A DNA stretch of 64,000 bases from Balanoglossus misakiensis. Lineage: Eukaryota > Animalia > Hemichordata. Position numbers and translations under genes: made by a program. The DNA lies in the NCBI GenBank assembly GCA_040954595.2, contig CM082577.2, positions 3,181,703-3,245,702 of the forward strand. The letters are read 5' to 3'. Numbering within the stretch: the first letter of the stretch is position 1; each line of letters opens with the position of its first letter. Of the stretch, positions 13,543 to 28,172 are shown one piece after another. The notes beneath the pieces were generated by a model. It made no database searches, had not been told where the DNA came from, and worked only from the letters and a program-made list of their open reading frames with translations.

Positions 13543-16500
13543 CTACACCATGGTGTCCTCATCCTCGGTGGCCCGGCCCCATTCTTTGTTTCTCAGTTCA
13601 ACTCTTCGTATCTTGCCACTCACCGTCTTGGGCAGAGAGTCGACAAACTCGATCTGGAATCAATCGAAGAATAACATATCTCAATGAGGAGGAAGGAGGG
13701 GGTGACATCTTGTATTTGAACAGGATGAGGAATGTACATTGTATTTAATTTGAACTGTGTCATTTATGGAATCATAAGTCATTGGACCATCTGTTGAAAT
13801 AACACAAGGCACAACACTGGCCAAGCTGTAACTTTATTAGTCATGCTGGGAATTTTACAATTAGACTGATACATGTACATTACATGTAAACATGGCCGCC
13901 TCACCTTCCGTGGATACTTGTACGGTGCAGTGGTTTCTTTGACGTGGTCTTGCAACTCTTTGGCCAGAACTTCTTTATCCTTCGTTTTGTATTCGTTGGT
14001 GAGGACGACAAAAGCCTTGACCACCTTTGAGGTGAAGAAATTCAGTCACTTTATCAAGCAAATTGCAGATTTTTCAGTCTGGGCTTCATACACTAAGCAG
14101 CACCTTGTAAGCACTGAAGTTCGACTTCACAGGAATATATATCCCAGTTTCATTCAAAAAATCAGACAAAATAACACTAATATATCCCTACCTCGCCTCT
14201 CACTGGGTCCGGGCTGCTGACCACAGCGGACTCTAAAACACCATGGTGTTCAATCAAGGCACTCTCCACTTCAAAGGGTCCAATGCGATATCTGCAGAGA
14301 CACGGAAATGTTCAGGAAATGAAGGCATGCATCACAGGTTCACATCATATGTTCATGGGGGTTGTTCAACGACTTTCAGAGTGTTTCAAACGCTGGAACT
14401 TTCCAGGATTTGTCAATCATGGTCTAAATAAATTTTTACTTGTTACACAACTTACCCGGCTGACAGTATGACATCATCGGCCCGTCCCACAAACCAGAAG
14501 TAACCGTCAGAATCCTTGTAACCACGGTCACCCATCAGATAATAGTCGCCTCGGTAAGAAGCAGCTGTACGTTCCGGTTCATCCTAGATGCGGCGAAGAA
14601 ACGAGGAAGAATTTAGATACCAGAAGCATTTTCTGGAACCCCTTGCTCTACAGTGTGGGGGCACACTGGTTTATATTTGCATCAGAAATTCTTTCAGTAA
14701 CAGTAGCATGCTCACCTGCAATTTCAAAATGGCTGTTGATGTCTATGTTAAATCTATGATGAAGAAATAACTGAATACTAGTACATGTACAGTGAAACCT
14801 GTCTATTATGGAAGCCTCTGGGACCAGAAAATCTGTCCTTAATAGAGAGGTGTCCTGATTAGAGGGGTGTTCGTAATGACAGGTTTCACTGTATAACGTA
14901 CAGAACCATGTGAAACCTACCACATATCCTGTGAACAGTCCCACTGGTCTGTCTGGCTTCACTTTGACAGCGATGTTTCCCTCCACACCATCCTCTAACA
15001 CATTGCCATCGTTGTCAACAATATCAACGTCAAAGCCCGGACACACTTTGCCGAACGAGCCCGGTCTGTGCAGAATGCAGCGATATGTGGCACACACGAG
15101 AACCTGAAATGCACAAGAGGAAAGTCGCTCTGTTTAAGTTATGTTTGAGTGTGCATACATGTACATGTATATGTACCATTTGCATATCTTAGTATACTGC
15201 ACATGAGCCAAGTCTGAATGAAATTGGTTTTGGCACAGATGGACACAGCAAACAAACAAAAATATGTACATATGCGAATTTTAACATAAAACAAAAGCAA
15301 ATGTCCCTGTGATTGGTGGGGAGTTTTATTTTTCTTCTCCAGTTATTGTCAGCTCGATGAAGCGCCAATCACCCCATTGGTATGAAAACTAAACTCACCG
15401 TTTCAGTCTGTCCGTATCCTTCCAAGATTGACAGTCCTGTTGCTTCCTTCCACTCGTCGATGACTTCAGGGTTCTGTAATATTTGGATTCACAAATGTCT
15501 ATCACACAGTTCGACCAGAAACTTTATATTATTGGCTTCAGCAGTTAAGTTTCAGTTGTTAGAATGACCCTGATAGTTTACATGCAGTAAGGTAGATAGT
15601 AGATATATATTTGGACATTTTTTCGGTTGATTTTATGGCGACTTACCAGTGGCTCTCCTGCACTGACAGTGTGCCGAAGTGATTTCAGATTGAACTTGGA
15701 CAAGTCTTCCTTTACCAGCATACGGTACACAGTGGGAGGGCCACAAAATACGGTGATGGGATACTTCGCCAGAATCTGCAACAGAAAAAGGGAATATATA
15801 CTCATTGTAGAACATGTCTTGTTATTTATGCTGGGTACACCCTTTTCATAAGTCTAGCACCCTCATGCAACTCAAAGTGAGGCCTGTGGGGAAAGTTGAC
15901 CAATCACATCAAGGGGATTTCCCCATTGGCCTCGCTTTGAGTTCAAATTCACGATGGTTGCATGAGGGTGCCAGACTTATGAAAAGGGTGTATTGAGCTG
16001 AAATGGCCTGTGACGGCTTGGAAAATCTTAAGATGCATGGTGTCAGAGGTGAATGCACGTCTTACCTCCAGAGTTCTGATCTGATCAAATTTTGGTGTGT
16101 CTTGAATGAAAATGCATGAACCTAGTAACCATGGCGCAAACAGGGTGTAAGCAGACTTGGCCCACCCTGTATCAGACAAACTCCAGAAGAGGTCTGTTGG
16201 CGTCAAGTCCAACCAAAACCTGCAGAAAAAGACCAGTCGCTATGTTGAGAGAACGTGTGTAGAGTGTGGTACAAGTATGTGAAATATTCTACAGTTTCAA
16301 CATTTCTCAAAAAATGAACACAGTGGTTAATATTTCACTTTTTCATTCATTCATTCATTCACTCCCTTCTCTTTCTCTGTCTCTTCTCCTCTCTCCCACT
16401 CACCCAACCCACCCACCCACCAAATCAACCATGATACACTTACTTTCCTGTTATGATGTGGGCTAACCCATAACTGGCATGGCTGTGTTCAGCCATTTTG

Positions 16501-19053
16501 GGATGATCTGTTGTGCCGCTGGTGAAAAAGACGATCATTGGCTCATCAGCCTTTGTCTTGACACACTGCAGACACAGGAAAGAAAACAAGATTAATCAGA
16601 AACAGTACATTATGTAATGTACATGTTCATAAATTTCTTCAACACATGAACAATTGAAAGACTTGTCTAATTCCTAAAACCATGTTCAATTTTCAATCAA
16701 ACCAGTCCTGTGTGAGTATGCCCAATGGTACAAGCGATAAAACAACTTTACAGTGTGTTTAAACATTTTTGATTGATGGTCTGTCCGTATTTGGTCAGAA
16801 CATGGCCTCGTGGGGGCGCTCCTCTCATTTGACTGCTAACTGTGCAACTAATTGTAAGCAACTTAGAGTGAGGCCTATAGGTGGATAATCAAATCAACTC
16901 TATTATGGTTACACTAATAATGTGTGCTAGCTTTCAAGTACCTGGTGATCTTCAGATGCCTTGGCATATAATGAATTGAAATCTTTCCATCCAGGCCTTC
17001 AAAAGAAATGAAGGGAAAGAATTTTATGAAAACTTATAGTATTTCAAGGTGTAATTGTAATAACCAATCATGGATAAGCATTGCATTGTCTTTGTAATCT
17101 TATTGTAATGTAATGTATTGTAATGTAATGTGATGTACTGTATTGTTATGTACTGTAGTTTGTTGCATTATATTCACTCTACTGCATTGTACAGAATTGT
17201 ATTGCACTGAATTGGATTATATTGAATTGAATTGAATTGAATTGAATTGAATTGAATTGAATTCAGTTGAATTGTAGTTTGGTACATGTAACATCATCAA
17301 CAGTTTATACTTCTGGCATATGCATTATTCACTGGCATTTGTTGAATACCAGCCAGGTTAAAAATTTTACCAGCAAAACATAAGAAAACTCCGAGGCAAC
17401 AATATTCTCACCTTGATTTCCCATCTCTTGATAAAAGCAATTTCTCTCGAACTTGAGGACATTCATCTATCACCTTGAAAATGTGGAAAGAATCTTTGAA
17501 TTCAGATAAGACATTTGCCTACCCTGGTACATGTGTGTGTAAAATCCAAGTTTTCACACGTCGTGCCAGCATAATTTGGGCAAGTTGAGACTTGATGGTC
17601 GACAATTAAAAAAAATAATTTACATAAAACAGAACAAAACAATAAAACAAAACAAAAACAGAACAATACCAAACCAATACATGTATACCAGTAATGTCAA
17701 GCGAAGGGGTTTCTGAACAAAATCGAGCACTGACCTCATCAACTGCATCAGCACAGTCAGAATCTGTGATAATGCATGTGGCGTGTGAGTTCTGAAGTCG
17801 CCCTTTGATGTCTCTGCTTTTAAGCTGCGTTGTACCCGGGCTCAATACGATACCTGTAGAGAATGCAGTATACATGTATTTTGGAAAGTCACTGATAAAA
17901 TTGTCTTAACTTCAGAAGATTGCTCTGTGCTCATGCACAATTCCACATTCAGAATTGCCATTTGTACCACTAAATATTTGGTCTAATAATTTCATTATTT
18001 TGAATATGTGCAATACAGTTATTGGTCACGTTACCTGCCCTTATACATGCAATGTTAATCAACCACCACTCTGGAACTCTGGGTAAAATGACAATCACCC
18101 TCTCCAGTCTCTGCACTCCACAGTCTTGGGTCAAAATGTTGGCAACTCTGTTGAATAATACAAAACAATTTGTTATACAATGATATTCCTTCTCTGCCAT
18201 CTTTGGTTTCTTAGCTTGCAATTTCCAATTCAGAGGTACAGTGAAACCTGTCTAAACCAAACCCTGTATAATCTGGTGTTCCTGCACACGGTGCTATATG
18301 ATTCTCCGGTCAGTCCTAACGCACAGATCAAAATTACATTTGACAAAAATAATGAGCAAACTGGGTATGAGAAGATTCAATGGGCAGAACTTACTTCTTC
18401 GATTTTGTGCTCAAATCTTGGAATGTCCACTTCAGTTCATTGCCGTTGTCATCAATCCACCAAAATGCCGGCAACTTCTTTTTTAATTTACCTGACTAGA
18501 GAATAAAAGAGAATGTTAAAATTAAAGGGACAAAGTCTCTCTCCTGCTGCCCTTTTTCCATTGTTTGATACAAAACACCGTTTATGTTTATGTACATGTG
18601 TATACATGTATGTAGTGAATGAACGTTCAACCACACACAACTTCCATCCCGCTTGTTGATATGGAGGGGATTCCTGTAAAGACTTCCTACCTGTTCCTTG
18701 TCTGCCCACACATCTATCACATCGCTGGCAAAGTTATAGTATTCCGGAACATCCAGCTTGAAATTTTTCCTGCCCACATCGTAGTCATTGAAGCCTGTCG
18801 ATGAAATGGTCGACAGGAAGCCTCTTCTCTGTTGGAGCGCCTGTGGATGTGGTTGCCATGGTGACAGAAATTGCTCCCGTGTATGCCCAATGCCTCTGTA
18901 CTCCGGACAACCAACCGTTGCTATGGACACCGCTCTTGTGCCTCTGCGCAATGCTCCAAGTAAATATCTCGATTGATGAAACCGCTGGCAGTTTGTGGTG
19001 TTGAACTTTGACCTCACGATCAGAGGTAAGCCTCCTGCAATCTTGCTTGCCAT
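13543..19053 (-). CDS. ACSM3: Mitochondrial medium-chain acyl-CoA synthetase (ACSM3-like)
   Basis: About 15 exons: Arg-rich leader MASKIAGG..., [38 protein letters not shown]-binding [15 protein letters not shown] (~16480-16530), [63 protein letters not shown]; stop TAG at 13543-13545. Confidence 0.92.
14790..14891. mobile_element. Tc1/mariner-type MITE in an ACSM intron
   Basis: TA|CAGTGAAACCTGTC...GACAGGTTTCACTG|TA; the same left end recurs at ~18239. Confidence 0.8.
15836..15992. mobile_element. Fold-back MITE with nested inverted repeats in an ACSM intron
   Basis: Outer ~36-bp arms TACACCCTTTTCATAAGTCT(A/G)GCACCCTCATGCAAC and inner arms ACTCAAAG.GAGGCC..TGGGGAAA / TTTCCCCA..GGCCTC.CTTTGAGT. 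Confidence 0.75.
17100..17275. repeat. Degenerate (ATTGT/AATGT)n grading into perfect (ATTGA)n microsatellite
   Basis: Pentamer runs, perfect ATTGA at 17221-17262. Confidence 0.9.
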
Positions 19054-20392
19054 GATGATTTGTAACACTTTGAGACTCCACGGACGGGATGTTATCAATT
19101 CATATTAATACCTATAAACAAAATGATGGCAGTTGTGAAAATGTACGACATGATATTCCCGTTAAAACCTTTTTGGCTGAAAAATGAGCAATTATTTTTA
19201 AGGCAACTTTATGTGAATCAAACATATGAGCCAATCACAATAGACTGTGCTCATACGTAACCTCTGTCATGGCCCCGGAGAGTCGCCACGTGCCACGCGG
19301 ACATCGCCACACAAATACTAGTATCATTGGCTAGGATCAGAAACAGTATCCATATAGTACCGGTACGGTGTAACGAGAGCGTCCTCTGGGTGGGGGTCCC
19401 CCGGGGGAGGGCGTCTTCGCAGCCACGGGTACAGCCGCAGCGAGGCGCAGCCATGGCTCGATGTCCTAGTTTTGGTGATTCTACACACTATCAGCAGTTC
19501 ATTCGTTTTAAATAGCACTTACTTTTTGTGTTCGCTAAAACACGAAGTACCTGAGCAATGTCAGCTGATTCCGGAGCCCCGTACGGTCTGCAGTGTCGCT
19601 CCTGGCGTCGGCCTGTTTATGTAGACTTCTGATTCCGTCGTTCTCGGAGAATGAGGTTAGGTCGACCAGTTTGTGTAAGACTCGGGCGACAAAATGGGTC
19701 ATAGTACTATCACTATAGCCCTACTTTTTTGCATATGTGATCCTTGACCTGATGTTGACATAGATCTGCTGCCCCTCCCCCTTTCAACCCCCTGAGTCCC
19801 ATGATGCCCAAGGTCATCACAACCTAGAAAAGACCACCTATTCATAACCCATATAAAAGAACCGTTTATCAATGGAAATCCCTTTCTACGAATTTTATCA
19901 CAAGTCTTGCATTGTGCACTACTTTCAGGTCGTGTTGTAGAATGACTATTGATATCTCAGGGTAACCATATGGGGTACTAGTAACACACTTTTTCAAGTA
20001 GGCCGAAAACATGCCAAAACATTTCATGAAAGACATGACGCGTTTCCACACGCAAAACATATTTTATTTTCTGTATTTCAGTGAAAGCAAAAACATTACT
20101 CTTGCATCCATGTAAATGTTGATGAAGAAGGCATATTTAAATCATATCTCGACACGAGAGTTTTGTTTGCTTTCGTCCACCCTCCAGTCTTTACACTGTT
20201 CATGGCCACGCCCAAATGTGTTCACGACACAATGTGCGACCTTGGTAACGGAAGTGAAAGACTTTCATGGCGGAACATGCAGAACATCCGTTATACGTCA
20301 CTTGCAAACTGGATTTTGCAGCATGATAGTAGAAAAAAAACGAATCAAGGTGTATTTTATATTATGCTGGTTTTGAGAAGTTCTGGTCGCCT

Positions 20393-23050
20393 TTATTTGC
20401 CTTTGTTTTTCTTCAGGTCTTCTTCGAAATCTGCTCGAATCTGTTTCATGACGTCATCACCTCTGAAGAAGACATCGAGAACCGTCGTAGCCATGGCCTT
20501 GGCTTGAGTCAAGGTCGGTTTCTGAGCCTCAGGTGCGCCTAAACACATACGTGTAGAGTAAGATGAAAATCCAATCAATCAGAGAAAAATGTTGACTCAG
20601 CGTTTTCCACAATATTTTAGGCCCCCTAACTGAAAAAGTAGGATGGGAACACTCCGTTTTCTCTCTATTTTGTATTTAAAATTAAATGATGTACAATGTA
20701 TAAAGAAAAGGCATTAACTCAAAGCAAATTATGCATTGGTTATTATTGATCAACAATGTTACGATCTGTGTGACCAGGGCAATCGTTTCGGCGTGGAGGT
20801 ACGGAGCGCCCTCAATTCAAACGAATTGACTGTACCTTACAGTCTATGACCAGGGGTAAACAGTTGGTATTAAAACCCACAATTGTGACCACTGTATTTA
20901 CTTGTAGCACATACCTGCGGCTGCGGTGAAACCTTGGGAATGGTTGACGGAATCGGTTTCCAAACCATACATGGGGTGGATGGAGGGCACCTCGTAGCTG
21001 ACATTCCCCATATCAGTTGACCCCGAAGACATTTTGGCAACCTGCTCGTCGGTTAGAAACTCCACTCCCATTGTCTGGGCGTTCTCAACGAACAGCTTGG
21101 TCAGAGGTGTGTTTGGAATCATGTTGGAGTAACTATCGTGGAATCTGACTTCCATCTACAGGAAAATGGGTCGAAACTAGTCATATATACTGAGCGAAGG
21201 TCTATCTCAATTGCTTGTTAGATTGCTTGTACGTGTTCTAGCATCTAGAGATAGGCTAGAGAAGCGATGAAGCAAGACATAGGCACGATAGATTGAAAAG
21301 TATATGCAGACAAAAAGCGGTAGTCCACATACTTTGCACCCTGTTGCCTTTCCAGCACCCTCAGCGCAAGCCAGTGTTCTGTCTTTCAACTCTGACAATT
21401 CACTGTCTGTTGGTGTTCTCAGTATGTAGTTGACTACGGTCTTCTCTGGAATGATGTTTGGTTTGGTGCCTCCGTTCGCGATGATACCTGCATGTACGTG
21501 TACGTTGTGTGAGAAAGCACGACAAGCTGTAAATCCTGTAGCATTTTGAGGCATTCTCACACATAATGGGGTATGGATACCAGGCTAGTCAGACATGCAT
21601 CAGACCCGACGCAGACCTGCAGGTGAACTTCGGTTGTGTATAAAGGACCAAGTCGACATCAATTACAGCGGCCGAGATAAACGACATTAGTTCCATGCAT
21701 GGACAACTCAACATGTGGTTTACTAACACTGGAGCGTGTTTTGTTGCCATGGCTATATTGCTTACCATGAGTTCTCCATGTTGGTTTCATCTGTTGTCTC
21801 ATCACTGACATACTCTGATAGAACATGACTGCAGCATCCAGGGCGTTGACGCCTTCCCAGGGCGCATAGGCTGCGTGGGATGCCTTACCATAGAATGTGA
21901 CATCCAAACTGCAAAAATTGAAAGAAAGAAAAAAATCGGAATACCGTAATTTATCACATTATACGTATTTTAACATTCTTATTGCGCATACAGCATGACT
22001 CCTCTTGTCGAGACAAAGATCCCCAAAGTCATTTCAACGGGACCAATATAGCAATACAGGATCGGAGTTTGTGACAATTGGCCAGTCTTTAGCTACTCAC
22101 CTTGGTTGAAATGCATACGTTCGAAATGTAGACGTTCACAGGTGATGATAATATGGTACTATTAACATTTGACAACTATAACTAACCTGCAATGTAGAAG
22201 GTCTGAACTCTACCTACTGTATTAATGACAACAATGGCATAGACGATATAAATAGCTTATTGCACGGATGGACCATCATTGCAAGGTCAATGTCCCTGAA
22301 TGCCCCGGCGTCTATCAACTTGATTTTCCCTCCGCCACCTTCTTCGGCTGGCGTTCCCAAGACGGTCAGCTGTGTGGAAGAGAAGATTCGTGATGACAGA
22401 GCGCAAATACATAAATATAAATCGAACAGTTTTTCTCGAAATCGTCGCTCAGTCATTCTGAATTGTGAGACATCGTATGTACAGTGGAGCCTCGCTGCAA
22501 CGAACACTATTATTACGAACATTCGGATATATTTCGGTATTTTGTCCTTTTCTGTACTGAAATTGAGTTCGTATCGGGGTTTCAGTACAGAGAACTCTTG
22601 GATTGAATCATAGTCTTACCACTTCTTCTACTGGCCCTGGAAAAAAATCAACACACGTCATGTCCAAATTACCTTTCCCAGTGGTTTTCCAGCTGCTTCC
22701 AGAGCCGCCTTGATTCCCAATCCAGCACCAGCTCCGGCCTCTGCGATCAGGTTGTGTCCGCACGCGTGTCCAATCTCAGGCAAGGCATCGTATTCACAGA
22801 TCACACACGCGTTGACGCCGCCCTTTTCTTGAGTGCCAAACGTAGCTCTGAAGGCGGTGTCCAAAAGAAACTTCCTCTCGACGTCGAAACCACGATTCTC
22901 TAAAAAGTCAGTCAGAACTTGATGGGCGTGGTGTTCTTTAAAATTCAGCTCTGGGGTTTTCCAAATTTCTTGACTGAGTGCATTTAGGTCAGCTGCCGCC
23001 CGATCGATGGTTTCACAGGCGATCTTTTTCGCATTCTCCAGGTCGGCCAT
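20393..23050 (-). CDS. PM20D2: Peptidase M20 domain-containing protein 2-like (Xaa-Arg dipeptidase/amidohydrolase), copy A
   Basis: Six exons (22673-23050, ~22218-22369, ~21765-21908, ~21332-21487, ~20914-21155, 20393-~20538) with motifs [74 protein letters not shown]. Confidence 0.92.
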
Positions 23051-24329
23051 ACTGTATGCACACAGGTGTAGAATTAATTTATGCATATAGTGAACGAGTT
23101 CGGGCAATATAACACGAGGGGCGTAGCTGTCAGTTGCTTAAAACATATATGTTTTTCCACTCGCTTGTCAGAAGTGTAAATATACCCCAACCTCTAACCT
23201 TGTTTAGCCTTTGAAACATGTACAAGTGAACCTCACTCGACCGCGTGATTTCCAAGATAAATCGCCTGCAGGCTGCAGTAATATATTGAGGGACAGATTC
23301 TGTCGGGAGATTATATTACTGAATCGACGCTATGCCTATATGCATGTCACACGCTCAATCTGCGTGCGTTCTGATCTGAGCCCGATTGAAACGCATGCTT
23401 GTAATAAAAATACAATTCTTACAATCCGCCGCAGCGCTGTCGGCGGTATCCTAGGAAATTTGCTGTCGAGTTTTCTGATATTATTCTCTGTCATGCTTAC
23501 CTCGTGTGTTTTGCAGCAGGTCAGTTGCAGTATCTGGGTCAGAGTAATTGCGCACAAGGCCGTCGTGCACGTTGTTTCTGACCTGCCTATATGCATATGA
23601 GCTGGGGTTAGTATTCAATAAAACGAGGTGTACCTATAAAAAGGCTCTATTTGCATGAAAAAGGTGACGACGTACACACGCGGGAAGATTTTAAATGGCC
23701 CGCGGACCCTTTATCAAATGTTTCTCATCAGCTGAAAATGGAAAGTATTGCGAAAGTGGCATATCTGTGTAAACACGTTTTTTGTATGATAGTCGGGTGT
23801 TTTTTCCATCATTCAGATATGATACATGGTCCGATGTGACCAGACAAAACTTGCTCATCACCAAAATTTAAAAAATAGAAATCTGCGTTCTGGGTGCCTT
23901 TGCAGGGTCACCAGTTGACCCCATATCTTATAAACACTCTTTGGGGCGATAACATAGTGAATATATAGAAGTACTGCGCGTTTCGAGCAGTGACAACATA
24001 CAGGTAAGTTGCACTTCGCGTGGGATAGCTCAAATGATCCGCAAAGGTTCAACCTAGTTTACTCTATACAATGTGGTATAAATGGATGAAAAGGGAAAGC
24101 TTTTGATGTTACCAATAGCTTTGAACAGCTACGCATGCCGCTCTGCTGTGCGGATCCCAAATTCATCAAGGTGACCCCGTCGGGAGAAAGTGCACAGTAA
24201 CTGCATGAGTAGGCCTAAGTGGGCGTGAGTGGCTGGGGACAGGACAGCGTTTTTTTGCATTTCACCACCAAGCAAAGTCAATTTACAACTTTTACGTAAA
24301 CATCGGCACACTAGTAGTGTAGAGCACAC

Positions 24330-24490
24330 TTGGTTAGGGTTTAATAGGGTAAGGGCTGGGGTCACGATTAAGGTTAGCATTGGGTGAGGGTTAGGGTTCA
24401 TTCACTCCATATACATGTATATACACACATATATGTGTAATACATGGAGTGATTCTGTGGAGCGAATACACCCTAACCCTAACCGTTGAA
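24330..24490. repeat. Degenerate GGGTTA/TAACCC-rich repeat remnant
   Basis: ggttagggtt...gggttagggttc at 24332-24399 and ccctaaccctaacc at 24471-24484. Confidence 0.5.
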
Positions 24491-24585
24491 TATACCTTAA
24501 CTCTAACATGTCAACAAACAAACGTGACCATATTTGTAAAAAAAAAAAAATAAACAGACATTTTTTGTTCATTATATCAATCAAT

Positions 24586-24621
24586 AACAAACAAACAAAC
24601 AAACAAACAAACAAACAAACA
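24586..24621. repeat. (AAAC)n microsatellite
   Basis: About 9 AAAC units. Confidence 0.9.
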
Positions 24622-25809
24622 ATTTTGTTTATTTTGTCAATAACAACAAAATATTTTTTATTATATCAGTCAATAACAAAAACAAAAAGCAAACATACAT
24701 ACACACTACAGACAAGAGGAAGAGCTCCCTGTGATCACAGGTGCAGATAATTACAAAGTGATTGTTACTACCATCCACTAATCAGAGTACTCTCATTTTG
24801 ACTCGTACCTAATTACTGTTGCCTATTTCTGTTCAAACCAATCGCTCTGATTTATAAACATGCGGGTTTGCAAGTCTCGTATGTCAAACAAGTTTTAAAA
24901 CAAGCTGGTAATTCACCCCAGAAATAGAACCCGGAATATCAGTTTAAGCCGGGATCTCCTCTGAGCCGTTGACCTATTCCACTAGAAGCTTTGGCGGCGA
25001 TCCCACATCGCAGATCCCATTCGAAAGGTATACGCGAAATTGGCGTATACAGTACACTGCAGGTCCGATCTCGAATCTGGACACTTGGGAACCACCCACA
25101 GAATAAGGAGGTAACAATACACGTTGTCTGCGTTTAAAATTCAAAACCTCGGTGTTTTGCATGATAGCGTCGTCTGGGTTTTAACATATCATACGCATAG
25201 TAGCTATGCAGCTCTTATTTTGTGTTGCAATTGGAACTTGGAGGGTATTGATTTTTGGCCTATGTTGGGGAAAGCCGCGTACGATTTTTAGCGCAGTGGA
25301 GACTGAAAAAAAGTGCTCCGACGCCCCTCTGATAATTTTATTATGTAGCACATTTTGTGAGATTTCCTAGCACCAGCTTCTCCCGCTACAGGATTCTACT
25401 ATGGAGATTTAGCTAGTATTGAAATCAAAGATTAGTTGTGTACTTCAAACACGCGCTCATCTATCAGACTATTGTCGTCTACGCCCTTTTACTTTCTTTG
25501 TTGAGTCTTGCATTGCACCATGTTGGAAAACAAGCGAAATTGCGGATCTCTTATGTGTAGGTGGCTATCTGCCCACCACTATATAGGTTATATGTCAGAA
25601 TCATGAAAGAAATATTGCATTTTGACGCCGTTTTTTTACAATGTCTTTCTTGCCATTTAAAGTGGTGGTTTAGCCATTAGATAGTAAATGAACCATAATC
25701 AGAAGATGAAAGAACGTGAAAATATGTTTAATGGTAAACGATTAAACACTTTATCGTTAGTTTTTGCAGTAAATAGTGTCCGCCCTACACGTCAAGCGCC
25801 CAGTACAGT

Positions 25810-28172
25810 ATGGCCGATCTGGATAACGCAAAACAGATCGCTTGTGAAACCATCGATAAGGCAGCAGCTGACCTGAACGCTTTAAGCCAAGAAATATGGA
25901 AAAACCCAGAGCTGTATTATGAAGAACACCACGCCCATCAAGTTCTGACTGACTTTTTAGAGAATCGTGGTTTCGACGTCGAGAGGAAGTTTGTTTTGGA
26001 CACCGCCTTCAGAGCTACGTTTGGTTCTCAAGAGAAGGGCGGCGTCAACGCGTGTGTGATCTGTGAATACGATGCCTTGCCTGAGATTGGACACGCGTGC
26101 GGACACAACCTGATCGCAGAGGCCGGAGCTGGTGCTGGATTGGGAATCAAGGCGGCTCTGGAAGCAGCTGGAAAACCACTGGGAAAGGTAAATTATCCCG
26201 TCGTTTACTTCAAAGTTGTCTGAATCCACCCGGCTTTACTGCTTGTACTATGTGTTCACGCTTATAATTTCTCTCCGTCGCAGTCTAACGAGTATTTGGT
26301 TATTTACAGTTGACGGTGCTGGGCACACCAGCCGAGGAGGCAGGTGGCGGAAAAGTGAACTTGATCGACGCTGGTGTATTTCAGAACATTGACCTTGCCA
26401 TGATGGTTCATCCAGCGAATAAATTAACCGTTTCCGCTCCTCCATTTGCGGCAAAAATACAGTAAGTGTGTTTAAAAAAATGATCATCCGGTATTACACA
26501 CTTTGACGTGTTAGTAACTGTCTCATACGGGCACATTTACCAGCACGCCCCCCCCCCCCCATTCTAAGAACGTACTAAAAATGAAAACTTATATATGGCA
26601 TGCTATTATTTGACTATTTTAATAGTAAAGATTAAAAGAAATAACTTCTCTAATATATTTCCATTTGACTGTGTTACAGCCTCGACGTCACATTCTATGG
26701 TAAGGCATCCCACGCAGCCTATGCACCCTGGGAAGGCGTCAACGCCCTGGATGCTGCGGTCATGTTCTACCAGAGCGTGTCAGTGATGAGACAACAGATG
26801 AAACCAAAATGGAGAATTCAGGGTAATGAATGACTTAGAGCCCCAATAGCTGCCACTTTCAGCTTTAATTCGATAAAATACTGCAGTGTTATCCTTAGCT
26901 GACAGACGACCCCATGTGCCCCCTCCCATTTTCTCTACGACCGCCCGCCATCTCCTGTCCCATCCCAGGGTACTATTTTGATATCCTTGCTTATAGGGAT
27001 CATATCTAATGGAGGAGCCAAAGCAAACGTTATACCGGAGAAGAGTGTTGTCAACTTCTCGCTTTTAACACCAACGCAAGCTGAACTATCAGAGTTGAAA
27101 GAAAGGGCACTGGCCTGTGCTGAAGGTGCAGCCAAAGCCACCGGGTGCAAGGTATTTTATTCAGTAATAAAACACCATCGGGTTACGGTATTCCACGAAA
27201 TTTTGGCCAATTCACGACATAAACGCACGCACGAGAGATTGATTAAACTGGTCATGAGCGACTGGTATACAAACATTGTATGCGGTCGTGGTTTATTTGC
27301 TATTATATTACTCCATTACAGTATAAATTCAAGTTTTGCATAGCTTCCAACCATGGTATATATCATGGACGCAGCACTTATTTCCGCGCCTCGGCCAATC
27401 GGATCGCTCAATTAGCACCGTCAATATGCACGCGTACTGGTAAAACCTTTCTTTAAATCTCAACATTGATTATTGGCATCTTAAAACAATTTGCACACAG
27501 ATGGAATACAGCTACAACACGTATTACGCCGACATCATCAGCAACAAGTCGCTAGTCAGTCTTTTCGTGGGAAATGCTGAAAAAATTGGTGTACAATTCA
27601 CACCTGAAGCTGAAGTGGACAGGTTGCAATTGAGCGCGTCATCTGACATGGGCAATGTGACCCACCACGTACCCGGCATCCATCCCACGTATGGCCTGGA
27701 AACGGATTCTTTCAATCACTCCCAGGGTTTTACAGTAGCGGCAGGTATGTGACGTTTATATTTATTGTTGTGCTTTATATTTTAAATCGGAGAAGCAACA
27801 TGGTGTGCATATATTGCCGTATGTCTCAAGGTGTGTAAGTTCTTGGTATCAATTTGTGAAAGCCAATATCATGCCTTCTTGAGAAAAATAATGCCACAGC
27901 TTAATTTATTTTCATGCAATTAGCTTTGACATATAAGTCAAGAGTGGCTCCTAATTATAACATTGAGTGTGTGCCTTTTGTTATTCACACATACAATTGC
28001 ACCTTATTCACTGTATGCATGTCTAGGTGCGCCGGAGGCTCAGAATCCGACCTTGACTCAAGCCAAGGCCATGGCTATGACGGTTCTTGATGTCTTCTTC
28101 AGAGGTGATGACGTGATGAAACAGATCCGTGAAGACTTTGAAGAGGACATGCGCAAGAGTGGAAACAAGTGA
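25810..28172 (+). CDS. PM20D2: Peptidase M20 domain-containing protein 2-like, copy B (head-to-head with copy A)
   Basis: Six exons (25810-26187, ~26310-26461, ~26680-26822, ~26997-27151, 27501-~27744, ~28028-28172) with the same motifs ([30 protein letters not shown]). Confidence 0.92.

Noticed and set aside
24330-24490. Interstitial telomere or chromosome-fusion site
   Set aside because: Only a few degenerate TTAGGG-like units are present; such tracts are common inside invertebrate repeats.
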